This document shows positions 51,524 to 64,000 of a stretch of DNA of 64,000 bases, piece by piece (within the stretch, counting starts at the first letter, position 1; every line of letters starts with the position of its first letter). The notes under the pieces are model-generated. The model was not told the origin of the DNA, ran no database searches, and worked only from the letters and a program-made list of their open reading frames with translations. The translations under genes were made by a program, and so were the position numbers. The DNA comes from Octopus sinensis (lineage: Eukaryota): contig NC_042997.1 of assembly GCF_006345805.1 (NCBI RefSeq), positions 119,412,001 through 119,476,000 on the forward strand, in the 5' to 3' direction.

Positions 51524-54030
51524 ATGCCTACAAAAACTGAAACCACCCTAATCAACTTAAACGAAGAAATCCTACAGAACTCAAAAACATCACACCAACC
51601 TCTCTGTACTAGTCAACAAATTGGACTCTACTAATGAGGAAACCATTACCGGACACAAACCCTCCGAAATCGGCGATAAGCTACAAACTCTGTGTGATAC
51701 GATCCACACCTTTTTCACCACCACCAACCCAGCCAAAAACAAAGAAGAACCATGTCAATTGATTCATACAAACTGAAAAATCATATAATCCCAGAATGGA
51801 ACAAATCCCTCAGAGACAGAAAGTTCTCCTTCTGGAAAATGATTAGAAACAACAACAAGGCCGAGATATACGAAAATGGATGAACTCTACTCCTCTAACT
51901 CTTCCCGCAAAATACAATTAAAAGCCATTCCCAATGAACCTGAACCTCAAAGACGACTTAGGGAAAGAATGGCATTAGAGAGACTGAAAACAGAGATTGA
52001 ACTTCTCAAATTAAGGGCCCAACAAATGAGGAAAGAGTCAAAACAATCGATGAAGAGATCCTCCTCGTAATAAATAACAAGGCCGAAAGCCTACACATAG
52101 AGAAGATCTCCAAGTTATGGAAAGATGACTGCAACAAAGAGGAACTAAAATCCCTACAACGTTGGGAAAAAAGTGCCGCCTGGTTCCTAAACTATGAATC
52201 TAATTTCAAAACGGATTACTCTTCCAATAACCCGTTCATAAAAATGGGAAAACCAGGAACCCAACCACACAACTACTCCGCCAACCCTCCAACCTTGAAC
52301 AAAAGAAGGAAACAGCATATTGAAGATGTACCTTCTTACCCCACGTCCATAAGGAGGAACAAGAACCCTGGAAACTCTCACCACCAGAATTACATTAACG
52401 AATTTCCCTCTTCAAGGAGACGCTATACACAACAACTCAACAACTACTCGAATACCTTATTAACAAATATAAGAGGATCCCACTACCAGGATAGACACAA
52501 CAACATCCACACCACGAGGGGACAACAAGGTAATTTTCACTTTCTCAACTCTCACAATACACAACAAACCATACCACTCGATACAAGCACCCACGCAGGC
52601 CACTCATATCACCACAATCCATCACAACACAAAGAAACACACACAACACCCGCAATACAGGAACACCCCATTCTATCCACAACCACGAACCCGAACCATA
52701 TTTCACAACAAGGAATATAACAAACACACAGGACCTCCTAACACCAACAGACAACCCCTCTACCCCAACCATTTTTTAGACACAGCACACAGATACAGGC
52801 AAACAAAATAACACAGGACAGGGAAGAGAAACATAAACTAATTAAAGTCATCAATTTAACCAATACAGAACCCAACCCCAACCTTCTCAACTTACTCTCC
52901 AAAGGTCTGAAATTCACACCAACCCCCCCACGTCCAAACTACTACGAAATGAAGGAAGACATTACAGATTTTGTAGAAAATTGCGACTTAGTGAGGAACT
53001 ATTCGACCAGCACAATGAGGATGAGTCACTAGCTAGAAATAAAAGCAACTACACCCCACGAAAAGGTAGAAATAAAATCCTAGACGAATTCTGTGAGCAC
53101 ATTACAAACTTCCCCTACCAACACTTACACAAACCAAAACCAAACCAAACCTCAACAAGAAAGAGTGGGAAGAATTAAACAATTAAAAAATGAAAGATCT
53201 ATCACCATTAAAGAGGCCGATAAAGGAAGTGCAGTAGTCTTAATGGAGACAGAATACTATATCAACTTAGCACTCTCCACCTTGGAAAATGGAACATATT
53301 ACGAAAAGGCTGAACACTACAATCAACAGAAAATTATGAGAAACTTAAAAAACCTGATCAACCCCCACAAAGAAGAACTCACTAACAAAGAATTCAACTC
53401 ATCACAAATTTCACTAGTAAAACCAGCCTCTTCTACGGTATTCCCAAAATTCATAAAAGCGAATTAATAAGTAAGGCATGCAAGGAAGCCACAAACTCTG
53501 TAATCAATGTCCCCTCACCAAATGACCTCAAATTGAGACCTATAATAGCAGGTCCCGCTTGCGAAACCCACCGCCTTAGCAACTTCATTGATACCCTTCT
53601 CAAGCCGTTCCTCAAACACATTAAAAGCTACATAAGGGACGATCTAGATATGCTCAACCACCTCCCCAATACACTTCTTGCTGAACAAACCCTGCTAGTA
53701 ACATTCGATGTAGTCAATCTTTACTCCAACATCCCCCACAACCTAGGATAGAAGCTATCCAATTCTGGCTGGATAATTACTCCAACGAACTCCCACACCG
53801 CATCAAAAAGGAATTTATTTTAGAAGGACTCAAATTCATCTTAGAGAATAATTTCTTCACCTTCAACAACAAATTCTACAGACAGAAATCAGGGACGGCA
53901 ATGGGAACGAAAACAGCTCCCACTTACGCCAACTTAGTCATGGGATACCTGGAAATCACCCTCTATAATAACGTTCTTAACCAATTTGGCACCACTCTCC
54001 ACACACACATAGAGAAGAACTGGAAGAGAT
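51524..54030 (+). pseudogene. PLE ORF copy 2: N-terminal domain and RT up to WKR, then deletion into the endonuclease
   Basis: EWNKSLRDRKFSFWKMIRNN..RKIQLKAIPNEPE..ALERLKTEIELLKLRA; LSKGLKFTPTP; KEADKGSAVVLM; 53374-54030 duplicates 48915-49575; junction gagat|aacttgctcgg. Confidence 0.9.
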
Positions 54031-55138
54031 AACTTGCTCGGGCTGTAATGAACACTACATAGGCCAAACAAAAATAGCCTCCGCCAACGCATGACTGTCC
54101 ACAGATCCCAATAAAATACAGGAATATAGAAAAATAGCATTTAGTGCACATATTGATACCGTGCCGCAAAATCCATTCCCAATTTTAGAATATTCCCTCT
54201 ACAAATTAAGACAATGCCACTCATACCAGCGAAAACCTTGGAATCCCACCTTATAATAAATACAGACCCTTTAAACACACATGCCCCTAACACGAACCCA
54301 CCACAACAAACACACTTACACCTGCACACACCCTAACACACCACCTTTACCCAGATATTAACACCATGACAACACACCAAATATATGGTTCCACACATAC
54401 ACATAATTGAATAGGGTGCAAAACATCCAACACTATTTTTGGGAAAGGCTGTAATATTGACTTCACACAAATACGTTGCTTCCCGATACAGGCACAAGGC
54501 CAGCAGAACTATAAAATTGAAAATTTGTACCACCCACACAACACACATATATACACGCGCGCGCGCCCCAACATATAATTATACACACAAACACGCGCGC
54601 GCGCGCACACACACAATACATACATACAGCTCTCCCTGTTCTAAACGAACTTACTTATCCAGTCAAGCGGAAAATACACTCCCTAACTACGCGCTAAAAA
54701 GCTATTTAAAATATCCACATGACGTCTACTGACCAGCCTGAACAATAAGAATTTTCAACAACACTATTTTCGAAAATTCTAAAAATTCACGTGACCTCTT
54801 TATTATGGCCAATAAGAAATTTTAGGCGGGACACTAGCCAAATTTTAACTTCTCTGGAGCCTTTTTTCTTACCCCAACACCAACTTCCATTCAAACATTC
54901 ACGTGACCCCTTCATAATGACCAATCAAAATTTTAGGCGCGAAACCAAGCAAATCCAAAACAACTCTGGAGCCTCTTTTTTTCACATATAAGAGACAGAC
55001 TCTAATCTCTCTTTTATATTTTGATAAGCCTAACAAATGCGCAACCGGTAAAAAGAACTTTCACCTAATTAAATTACTTAAATTACTTCAATTATTTGTC
55101 AGCATTTTCTTCATTTCCTTTTATATATATATATATAT

Positions 55139-55205
<67 letters not shown>

Positions 55206-55618
55206 CATACATATATATAAATTTCCTCTATTTACTTAATATTGAGGTCTCTTTCTTTCTTTTGTTATCTTACCGTTTTTACCAATATCTATATGTATAT
55301 ATATGAATACATATATATATATATATATATTTGTGTGTGTGTATGTATATTACTTATATTATTAATTGCTTGAAAGCCATTTCCACACCCATTTCCAAGT
55401 AAATTTATGTCAATCTTTTTGATGCGTCTCTACTATTTCTTCCCACATCGTTTTCTCGCCCATTCTTTTGTCTAATTCCCTTTTTCTCCCCTTCACTGTT
55501 TTCTATCTGCCTGTCTGTCTCTCCCCTCTTTCTCATTTTTTTCCCTCTCGTTGCTCGCAAGTGGCCATCGTCAATCTCTCTTTTCCTCACGTGTTCATCT
55601 TTCTTTCTTTAGGACTGC

Positions 55619-55676
<58 letters not shown>

Positions 55677-55681
55677 ATATA

Positions 55682-55735
<54 letters not shown>

Positions 55736-55894
55736 CGGTTTAGTAAATGTTTTTATCTTCATTTCACTTAATTTATCAAGCTTCTGTATTCCTAGCACAT
55801 ATTTCGCCTTAATGTACTGATATATGAAAAATATATGGCTTGTGTTAGTAATACCAGCGATTATAATTATTTTTATTTTATCGCAATTTGATTT

Positions 55895-55937
<43 letters not shown>

Positions 55938-56055
55938 TTATATACATATGAATATATATTTATAAATACATAAATATATATACATATATTTTTATATATA
56001 TATAATATATATTATTTTTATTATTGTTTGATTAACGCCACGCATCCATTTCCAC

Positions 56056-56104
<49 letters not shown>

Positions 56105-56159
56105 GGTAGATAGATAGAGGGTAGAGACATAGAAAAACATTATTTATGTTGAGTAAATC

Positions 56160-56420
56160 ATGATGCTTTATGAACAGTCTCATCATAAGAGTGAGAAAGA
56201 TGGGAAGGAGGAAGATGCTGAGTTGGGGATTGAGAAGGAAGGAGCGAGCGGGAGAGGGGGTAGAGAGAAGTGGGGAAGTAGAGAAAGATGGAGAGAGAGG
56301 GAAAGAGGGAGTAATCGAGAGATTGTTGAGAGAGGGAAGGAGAAAAAGAGTGAGGCAGGGATTGAGAGGGAGAGAGAGTGAGGGAAGAAAGGAGAGGGGG
56401 AGAGAGAGAGAGAGCAATTA
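56160..56420. repeat. Purine-rich (GA/GGA) low-complexity tract
   Basis: Directly visible; explains the E/R/G-rich and L/S/P-rich ORFs there. Confidence 0.85.
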
Positions 56421-57341
56421 AATGAGAGGGAAGCAAAAATTATAGTACACCCTACAGACGTCTGCAGCTTTATCTTTATTGTATGCCATTAACATTATAT
56501 TTTCATTTCAGGTATATAACAATCAGACAGTCTTTTATTTCTTTGAGTAATAACGATTTAAGACTGAAGATGGCACATTCGTTTTATATTCCTAAATCTT
56601 TTGACAGCTTTTATTTGTAGTAATCACTCAACTAGCCTCAGTATAACACGCCGTATGTTATTGAAGACAATAAAGCCACGGAAAACTGAAGATTCATCAG
56701 CTGTTAAAATGTCGTTTAAATTTAGTTATTTCCTCAATCTTTTTCTTTATTATTGATTAATATCGCAGTTAACAATTTAAACGTCTGTTCATGTCATTTA
56801 GAATATTAAAAATACATTCAATTTATTCTACAATGCAATACACTAGATGAGGCAATTTTGATGTATTTTATTCTGTGTTAGAATCAGCCACGTAGTTGGC
56901 TTTATATTTGAAAAGTTGCGTTAAATAAATTACTACCAAAGAACCAATATCATGTTTACTTGGGGGAAAATAATGGCACCAAAATGAAAACGTTTTGTCA
57001 CATATTAGTGTTAGAATGTTTTCCTCGTGAAAAAGTGTGTTTCGCTTTTACTACCTGTGTAAAGAAAATATTTGCCTGGTTAATAGTTTAGAATGGTAAT
57101 GACCACACCATCCTTCAGTCATGAATGACCATTGGATTGCACCTAGAAAGTTCCCATCAGAGGCACATGTCTGGGCAAGGTTGTTTATGAGACACCAGAA
57201 GTCGTCCAAGCAAACCAGTCTCTTATAGAATTGTTATGATCAAAACATGATAAAAAAGGGGCCTATCGACAGTGTGTACATAATATAATAAAATATAATA
57301 TAATATAATATATATATACTATGATATAATATAATATAATA

Positions 57342-57413
<72 letters not shown>

Positions 57414-57424
57414 ATATATATAGG

Positions 57425-58640
57425 TATGTATGTATGTATGTATGTATAAATGATCAGTGTCAGCACGTGGATGATGGGATCCATGCATCCTTACAAGCTT
57501 TCTTGACTTTCTGTCCTCACAAACTTTCCTCGTCTCATCACCATCGTAGCTCATTTTGAGAGCACAAACTCCATCTTAATATTATTGGAAAAATTCGCAG
57601 AGACTGGAGTTGGCTGTGCACTTCTGGCTCTCTTTTTGTGAACAACTTGAAATTGTCAATGAAAAGCAAGTGGTTCAGTGTTCCCTTACCTCTTCTTAGG
57701 CCATAACCCAACTTTGTATCTTTTAGTATTTCACTTAAGGTGATCATTGCCAAAACAAAGATCAGCAAGGACACACTGTCACACTGGAAGATTTCTCTCT
57801 TGTTTTTCACTTCCTCTAATTACTTGATTCCCTGTTGTCACTTCCGTTCCCACAATTTCATATCGTTCAGAATAAGGCTTCTCTTGTTTTCTGTTACTCC
57901 TTACATTTCCATTGGTCTTAATATTCAGGAGCATAGTATCATATCGTATGTTTTTCGATAGTCAACCCACATCACGCTCAGGTTTGTGTGGCTTGTCTTG
58001 CAGTTTCTAAAAATTACATTATCGATTAAGAGCTGATCCTTCGTTCCCCAATGCCTCTTTCAGCACAGTTTCTTTTCAATAGGTAGCAGCCCACTTTTTC
58101 CTAAGTATCTATACTGTTAACCGGCCAAAGCACTGCGTTTTAATCATTTCTGTTTTTATTTTTATGTTTCCTTGGCCTTCCATATTTCTTAACCTATCTT
58201 GGATTTCATGCAGCCACTCCGCTTCATCATCGTGCTCTACAGGTTGGTCACAGATCTCTCTCTAGAATGCCTTGCTTTCCTTTAAATCTGGTTTCATTGT
58301 TACGTGTATTTCTCCATCTACCTCCTGAAACTCTTTCTTCTGATTTGCTTCAAACAATCTGTTTTGCCTGTGTTGTTTTGTTCTATTGTCATATCTTTCC
58401 AGTTTTGCTTTCATTCGTACTACCCTTTGTTTCAATTCTTCTTATATCAATTCATACACTTTATCTCTTATACTATACGTTCTTTCCAGGATTCTTCTTA
58501 CGTTTTCATTCTGCAATTCCCCTCTATTCAATCTATCTACTTGTTCTAAATGTCTTTTTAACTTTCTTTCTCACAAATTCGCCTTCGCCATTATGGTTCT
58601 TTATGTTCTGAATGTTTTCTTATTTTCTATCCAACTCTAT
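57425..58640 (-). mobile_element. Degraded R4-clade element, older family (N-terminal region and RT)
   Basis: EELKQRVVRMKAKLERYDNRTKQHRQNRLFEANQK; IFQCDSVSLLIFVLAMITLS..GY..LNHLLFIDNFKLF; DRKSRKLVRMHGSHHPRADTDHLY. Confidence 0.85.
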
Positions 58641-58689
58641 CATTGGCAACGATAGCTGTAGGCCAAATAATTTTGTTAATCTCCGTTAT

Positions 58690-58762
58690 TATATCATCAT
58701 CATCATCCTTCTTCTTCTTCTTCTTCTTTCTTCTTCTTCTTCTCTTCTTCTTCTTCTTCTTC

Positions 58763-58795
<33 letters not shown>

Positions 58796-58825
58796 TATTA
58801 TTATTATTATTATATTATTATTATT
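58690..58825. repeat. Compound (ATC)n(TTC)n(TTA)n microsatellite
   Basis: Directly visible; forms the 3' flank of the Dong-like element. Confidence 0.95.
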
Positions 58826-61800
58826 CTGTAGTTTTATTTTATAGCGTGCTTTCACTTCACTACCGAGCGCAGCTCTGTGTGCCTTGGGTATGTGCTGTGA
58901 TTTGTTGTGATGCTCTGATGGTTATTGTATGGAAAGTGTTCTGCGTAGGATGTGTGCAGTGCCTAGTAGTGCAATTTCCTGTATGTTATATGTGTTTGTA
59001 AGTCCTGGTGTTTTTGTTATGTATTTGTCTGAATATTTTTTAATGCACCTACTATGATAGGAATTGTTTCTGTTTTCAGATTCCACATTCTAGTTACCTC
59101 TATTTCCAGGTCTTTGTATTTTGAGAGTTTCTCCATTTCTTTTAGAGACACGTTGTCATCTGCCGGTATTGATACATCAATTAGAAAGCATTTTTTTTAT
59201 TCATGATCTCTGACAACTATATCTGGTCTGTTGGCCTTAATTTCTCTATCTGTGTGTATCGGCATATCCCAGAGTATGGTTGCTTTCTCATTTTCTGTGA
59301 CCTTTTCTGGTGTGTGCCTATACTATCTTTTTCCTGTTGTTATTCCATAATGTTGGCATAGCTTCCAATGTATGTAGGTTCCAACTCTGTCATGTCTGTG
59401 AATATATTCCTTCTTAGCCAGGACTGGGCAGCTAGAGATAATATGATTTATTGTTTCTTGTCCATCTCCACATATTCTGCAGTTACTTGTAATATTTCTT
59501 TTCATTACATGTTTTTGGTAATTTCTGGTGGGGAGGCTTTGGTCTTGTGCTGCAATTAAAAATCCCTCTGTTTCTGCTTTGAGTCCTGAGCTTCTCAGCC
59601 ATTGCTGGGATTTTTCTTTGTCTATTTCTTTTGCGTTTAGTTTAGTCCAGTATTTACCATGAAGGGGCTTTTCTTGCCATCGTTTTATCATGGTTCGTTG
59701 CTGTTCTATTTTTAGTTTGGATTTCATTTGTTTTATAGCTTTTGTTGTTTCTTCATCATATTCTTCTTCTTCTTCGTGTTTATTAGGTGGTATGATTTCT
59801 TGTTTGTATTTGTCAGCTTCCTTAAATACTGAGAACAGTTTTTTGTTTTGCTCGTGTTTTGCTGCTTTCTGGATCAGTTTTCCTTCCTTCTGAAGTAGAT
59901 ATTTTTGCAGTCCTATGGTGGTTATTTTATAGTAGTTTTCCAGCTGTATAAGGCCTCTACCACCTTCTATACGTTTTATATATAGTCTTTCTATGTCAGA
60001 TTTTGGGTGATGCATCCTAGATCCTGTCATTATTTTTCTTTTTTCCTATCTATTTTGGTCAGTTCATTTCGTGTCCAGTTAAGGATATTGTAGCTGTAAC
60101 TTATAACTGGGACAGCTAAAGTGTTGATACCTATTATCTTGTTTTTAGCATTGAGCTCTGTTTTTAGTATTGATCTAACTCGTCTATAATATTCTTTTTT
60201 TTATTTTCTCTTTCATTTGTGTGTGTTGTGTCTTATCTAGTTCATGGATTCCTAAGTGTTTTGTAAGTTTGGCTTTGGTCTAATTCTTTTATTTCATTGG
60301 TTTTATCTAGTGTGATGTTGTTACTCTTAACTAGTTTTCCTCTTTTCATGGTTACTTTGGCGCATTTTTCTAATCCAAATTTCATATCTATTTCTTTGGT
60401 AAATCCATGAACTGTCTTTAATAGTGTTTCCAGCTGTTTGTCATTTGCAGCGTATAGTTTTATGTCATCCATATATAGGTGGCTGATCGTTTTGCCGTAA
60501 CATTTATATCCGCATCCAGTTCTATTTAGCATATCAGATAGAGGTGACAGTGCCAAGCAGAAAAGGAGTGGAGAGAGCGTGTCTCCCTGGAATATTCCTC
60601 TTCTAATGGGGATGTCTTTGGTTTTCATGAGTCCCTCTTTTGTTTGGAGGTGTAGGACTGTTTGCCATTTATTCATAGAGTGCTCTATGAATTGTATGAT
60701 TGTTGGTGCTACTTTGTTAATGGCTAGTGTTTCGAGGATCCATGTGTGGGGGATGCTATCAAACGCCTTTTTGTAGTCAATCCAGGCCATACTGAGGCCT
60801 TTCTTCTTTCTGTGGCTGTCTTCAGTTACGGCTTTATTAATCATTAGTTGATCTTTACAGCTATATGAGCCTTTGCGGCATCCTTTCTGCTCTTCTGGGA
60901 ACAGTTTGTTTTCGTCCAGGTGCTTGTTCAGTCTTTGCGATATCACTGCAGTAAATGCCTTGAACATAGTAGGGAGGCAGGTTATTGGTCTGTAGTTTTC
61001 TGGTTTTGCTGTTTCATTTGATTTGGGAATTAAGATGGTTTTCCCCTTCGTGAGCCATTCAGGCATTGTCTCTGGCTCTGCTAGTATGCTCTTAAAGTTT
61101 TCAGCCAGCTTTTTGTGCATTCCTGTTAGATATTTCAACCAGAATTTGGGGATCTTGTCATGCCCAGGTGCCTTCCAGTTGCTTAGTTTTTGCCGTGCCT
61201 GGGTGACCTCTTCAGTTGTTATGGGGGTCCAAAGTTGTTCAGATGCCGAGTTTGTTATTTTGATACTCCTTTTTTGGGGCTGTTCGTTCGCCGACCATAT
61301 TTCTCTCCAGAATTCTTCCAATTCTTCTGCCGTTGGTGCTGCAGTGACTTCTATTTTATTTTTTCCCAGTTCTTGGTAGAACTTTTTGGGGTTGGAGTTG
61401 AACTTTTTGTTCTGTTCAAAGAAGCGTTGGCGTTTCTCGTACCGGCGGATCCTTTGAGCTTTGGCAAGGATATCTTGCTTCAGCTTTTCTTTTATCTCCG
61501 GCAAATCTTTTTCTGTGATGTTATATTTGCGGAGCATTTTTGTTCTCCTTTTGTTGCTCAGTAGCGTTGATTGTTTGCTGATTTCATTAAGAATCGACAG
61601 GTCTTTTCTAATTTTTTTTTATTTTGCTTTGGATGTTATTTATCCACAGGGTTTGTTTGGGTGGTGGTACTCCTGTTTGGGCGGGTTTGGGTGAGTATCC
61701 AGCTTCTTTTGTGGCTGCAGTGGCTGCTGCGTATATCAAGTCATTTAGTTCAGTGATATCACTTTTTTTTGTTTCAGTGGCTAGTTCAGTGACGGCTAGG

Positions 61801-62737
61801 TTTATGCTGTTTATAATTGGTGTTGTATTTCGTTTATTTTTATTCTTGGGAGGTATGGTCGGTGGTCCATTTTGGGCTCTGTGGTTTTCAGTTCTTTGAT
61901 TATTTTATTTTTTATATTATCATAATCATTAGGCTCCCCTTTGTTGTTTACATCGTGTTTGTTGGGAATGTTGCGTTTGTCTTCGTGTTTTACAGTTTCA
62001 GTGTTTATATTATTGGGCATTGTTATGTGGCTTCTATCTACATTTTCCTGGTGTATTTTTTCTTTTAAATGCTCTATTTCTATTTCTGATATTTTTTGGC
62101 TTTGAGAATGTATCTTCGTACGTTAGCTAATTTATTAGGGTTCATTGCTGTACCCAAGTCTATATCTCTATTATTTTCGTTCCATATTTTATATGTATGT
62201 GTTTTTGTATTTTCATTTTTTGGGTAGAGCATTGCTGTGAAGTATGCGTGTAAGATAGAAATGTATTCCTCACGTGTCCATTTACGTCTTTTGGGTTTTA
62301 TTTGCGGGACATGAGGTACAACGTCCGGCCCATTATTTTGACGGTCGTCATTTTCGTAGGGTACCGGTCCGTTTATTTCTGTTGTCACATTATTTCGCAC
62401 GTATAGTGTTTCGTACATTTTGCGGTTGAATAGTATCGGTGGCATTTAATTTCTTCGTAGTTCCTTTGTACATGGTGTTTGGGGTCGGGGATGATCGTGA
62501 TGTTCCACGCATGTTTACATGTGTTGTGTTAGAGGTGGAGATGATATCGAGTCAAAATACATCATTTCGTTTCGAAAATAGTAATAAATTTCAATTAGTA
62601 TTACTTACTCGGATACAGTGCAATTCTTTGTTAGTAAATCTTTGGCTCCATAGGATGTCCTTGTTTTTATGTTTGTGGATAGATTTCGGAGCTCTGTATT
62701 TTCCTTCTTACATCTTAAACGTCCCCGGTGTTCTCTT
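58826..62737 (-). mobile_element. Near-full-length R4/Dong-type non-LTR retrotransposon (single ORF: N-terminal domain, RT, CCHC, RLE), frameshifted
   Basis: RRKWTREEY..KLANVRRYILK (62080-62445); NWKAPGHDKI..NYRPITCLPT..EQKGCRKG..WIDYKKAFDSIPH..GIFQGDTLSPLLF..YMDDIKLY (60242-61537); HHPKSDIERLY..LHGKY..AAQDQSL..CRICG..ETINHIISSC..RHD (59323-60030); RPDIVV..IDVSIP..KLSKYKDL (~58.95-59.3 kb); (TAA)n on both sides. Confidence 0.95.
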
Positions 62738-62760
62738 TATTATTATTATTATTATTATTA

Positions 62761-62803
<43 letters not shown>

Positions 62804-62819
62804 CATAATAATAATAATA

Positions 62820-62866
<47 letters not shown>
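62738..62866. repeat. (TTA)n microsatellite
   Basis: Directly visible; 5' flank of the Dong-like element and tail of the adjacent element. Confidence 0.95.
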
Positions 62867-62867
<1 letters not shown>

Positions 62868-63390
62868 GTGTGAGAGAGCAGTGCATGCCATCAAGGTGAT
62901 ACTGGGGTACAAATATACGAAGCCCAGTATACTCATCATGACTACCCGTCTGATACGGGTACACCGGGCACATGCATCACAACCATATGTGCGCGACATG
63001 GTAATCTCATATCGAGATAAACAGAGCATGACCTTGCAGGTGGGGCCCAGTTAGAATTTTCTTCTGGTCGAATAGCCCATCCCGCTCAAAAGGACCCAAG
63101 TTCCCTATAAGAGTTGTTTAAGGATGTCGAACGAAACACCCGTGTTTTCACAGGTAAATTATTCAAACCCCAAAGAATCCCTCTCAGCACATGGCTGTGA
63201 TGCTCCCCTACTACTTCTGCTCGTGATCAGAGATGCACATATCATCAGCCACTAAAGGACATGCTCAAGTGGGTAAGGTCAAACAACTGACAAGCAAATC
63301 TGTGGTATTGAGCAGAATAGTTGCTGCAGCCCATCTTTTATACCAAGACAAAACAATGTACATAAGTTGAGATCAGAGGGTATTGATGTC
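62867..63390 (-). mobile_element. Probable non-autonomous retroelement ending in an (AAT)n tail
   Basis: GC-richer non-coding block ending (minus strand) ...gcatgcactgctctctcacac(aat)n; single copy in the window, so family status is inferred. Confidence 0.45.
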
Positions 63391-63974
63391 TATTATGACT
63401 ACTCCAATGAAAGTCGTAGTGTATTTAATCCCTAGAGACAATACGTTTGTCTACATATCGCAGAATTTCATATTACCATTCTCGAAACAAGGGAGAATGG
63501 GAGCAATAACTTGGGTAAGATTTGAGAATTGTCTTACATACATTTGACATTAAATTTACTAAAGGATATCGATTTCTTGGTCTATTTGAAAAGGTACGTT
63601 CATTTTCTCTTTCGAGTTTGATGTACAAGAATATGTACATAACATACAGCAGCATGCATTAAATTCATTCTTATCACTCGTATTTATTACTTTCTTGAAG
63701 ATCAAATCCAATTCTTATCACGGTTTTTAGCATGGAAAGTTTTTACTTCTATAATAATAACACGAAAACAATTTTCCTAAATCAGAGATTTTTGTAAGAA
63801 TCAAATGCAATCTGAAGCATGAAAATTAAGTTTTGAGCGCCGTATCACTAAATTATAATGGTGTTTATGTTCTTTATTATATTATCTCACCATTTGCCTT
63901 TTAATTGAAGTTGTAATTAACTTTGAAGCTAAATGAAATCATTATTCATCAAATAAACGTAGGAGATGTTTGAA

Positions 63975-63999
63975 TAATTTTTTTCTCATTTCTTTGCAG
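63975..63999 (+). promoter_or_regulatory. Candidate 3' splice acceptor at window end
   Basis: taatttttttctcatttctttgcag|t: long pyrimidine tract ending in CAG. Confidence 0.35.
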
Positions 64000-64000
64000 T

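Larger units (their letters stand above)
47568..55125 (+). mobile_element. Neptune-type Penelope-like retroelement array: inverted 3' segment + 5'-truncated copy + full-length-start copy with internal deletion
   Basis: RT motifs IPKIHK, LRPIIAG, FDVVNLYSNIPH, GTAMGTKTAPTYANLVMG, WKRYLDDCF; Cx4Cx2C linker CNRPNCGIC; GIY-YIG VYVLTCSGC..YIGQT..LRQRMTVH; (TA)n at both ends. Confidence 0.95.

Noticed and set aside
62560-62737. HDV-like ribozyme at the 5' end of the R4/Dong element (and in 63150-63390)
   Set aside because: Could not assemble the nested double pseudoknot by eye; needs an RNAMotif/RNArobo search.

Overview
AT-rich, microsatellite-dense animal genomic DNA. The SINE families resemble octopus/coleoid cephalopod repeats; this is pattern recognition, not a database search. 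No host protein-coding gene can be supported. A few splice signals, including a strong acceptor at the extreme 3' end, suggest the window may lie in a large + strand intron. Almost all recognisable sequence is transposon-derived. (1) A young Neptune-type Penelope-like element (PLE; RT + GIY-YIG) in an inverted-plus-tandem array between (TA)n tracts (47.6-55.1 kb). (2) A near-full-length R4/Dong-type RT-RLE element bounded by (TAA)n on both sides (58.8-62.7 kb), plus three older R4 fragments. (3) An old Ty3/gypsy LTR element lacking RT/RNaseH. (4) Tigger, RTE and several CR1/L2-type fragments, older PLE remnants of at least two lineages, and many tRNA-type SINEs. The most notable unannotated signal is a ~477-nt non-coding, terminally redundant unit with an inverted partial copy, inserted in the internal (TA)n of a SINE. 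It folds by eye into a type I hammerhead ribozyme with a palindromic stem III (15775-15829), which makes it a retrozyme/pLTR-like candidate. All boundaries and identities were estimated by eye.
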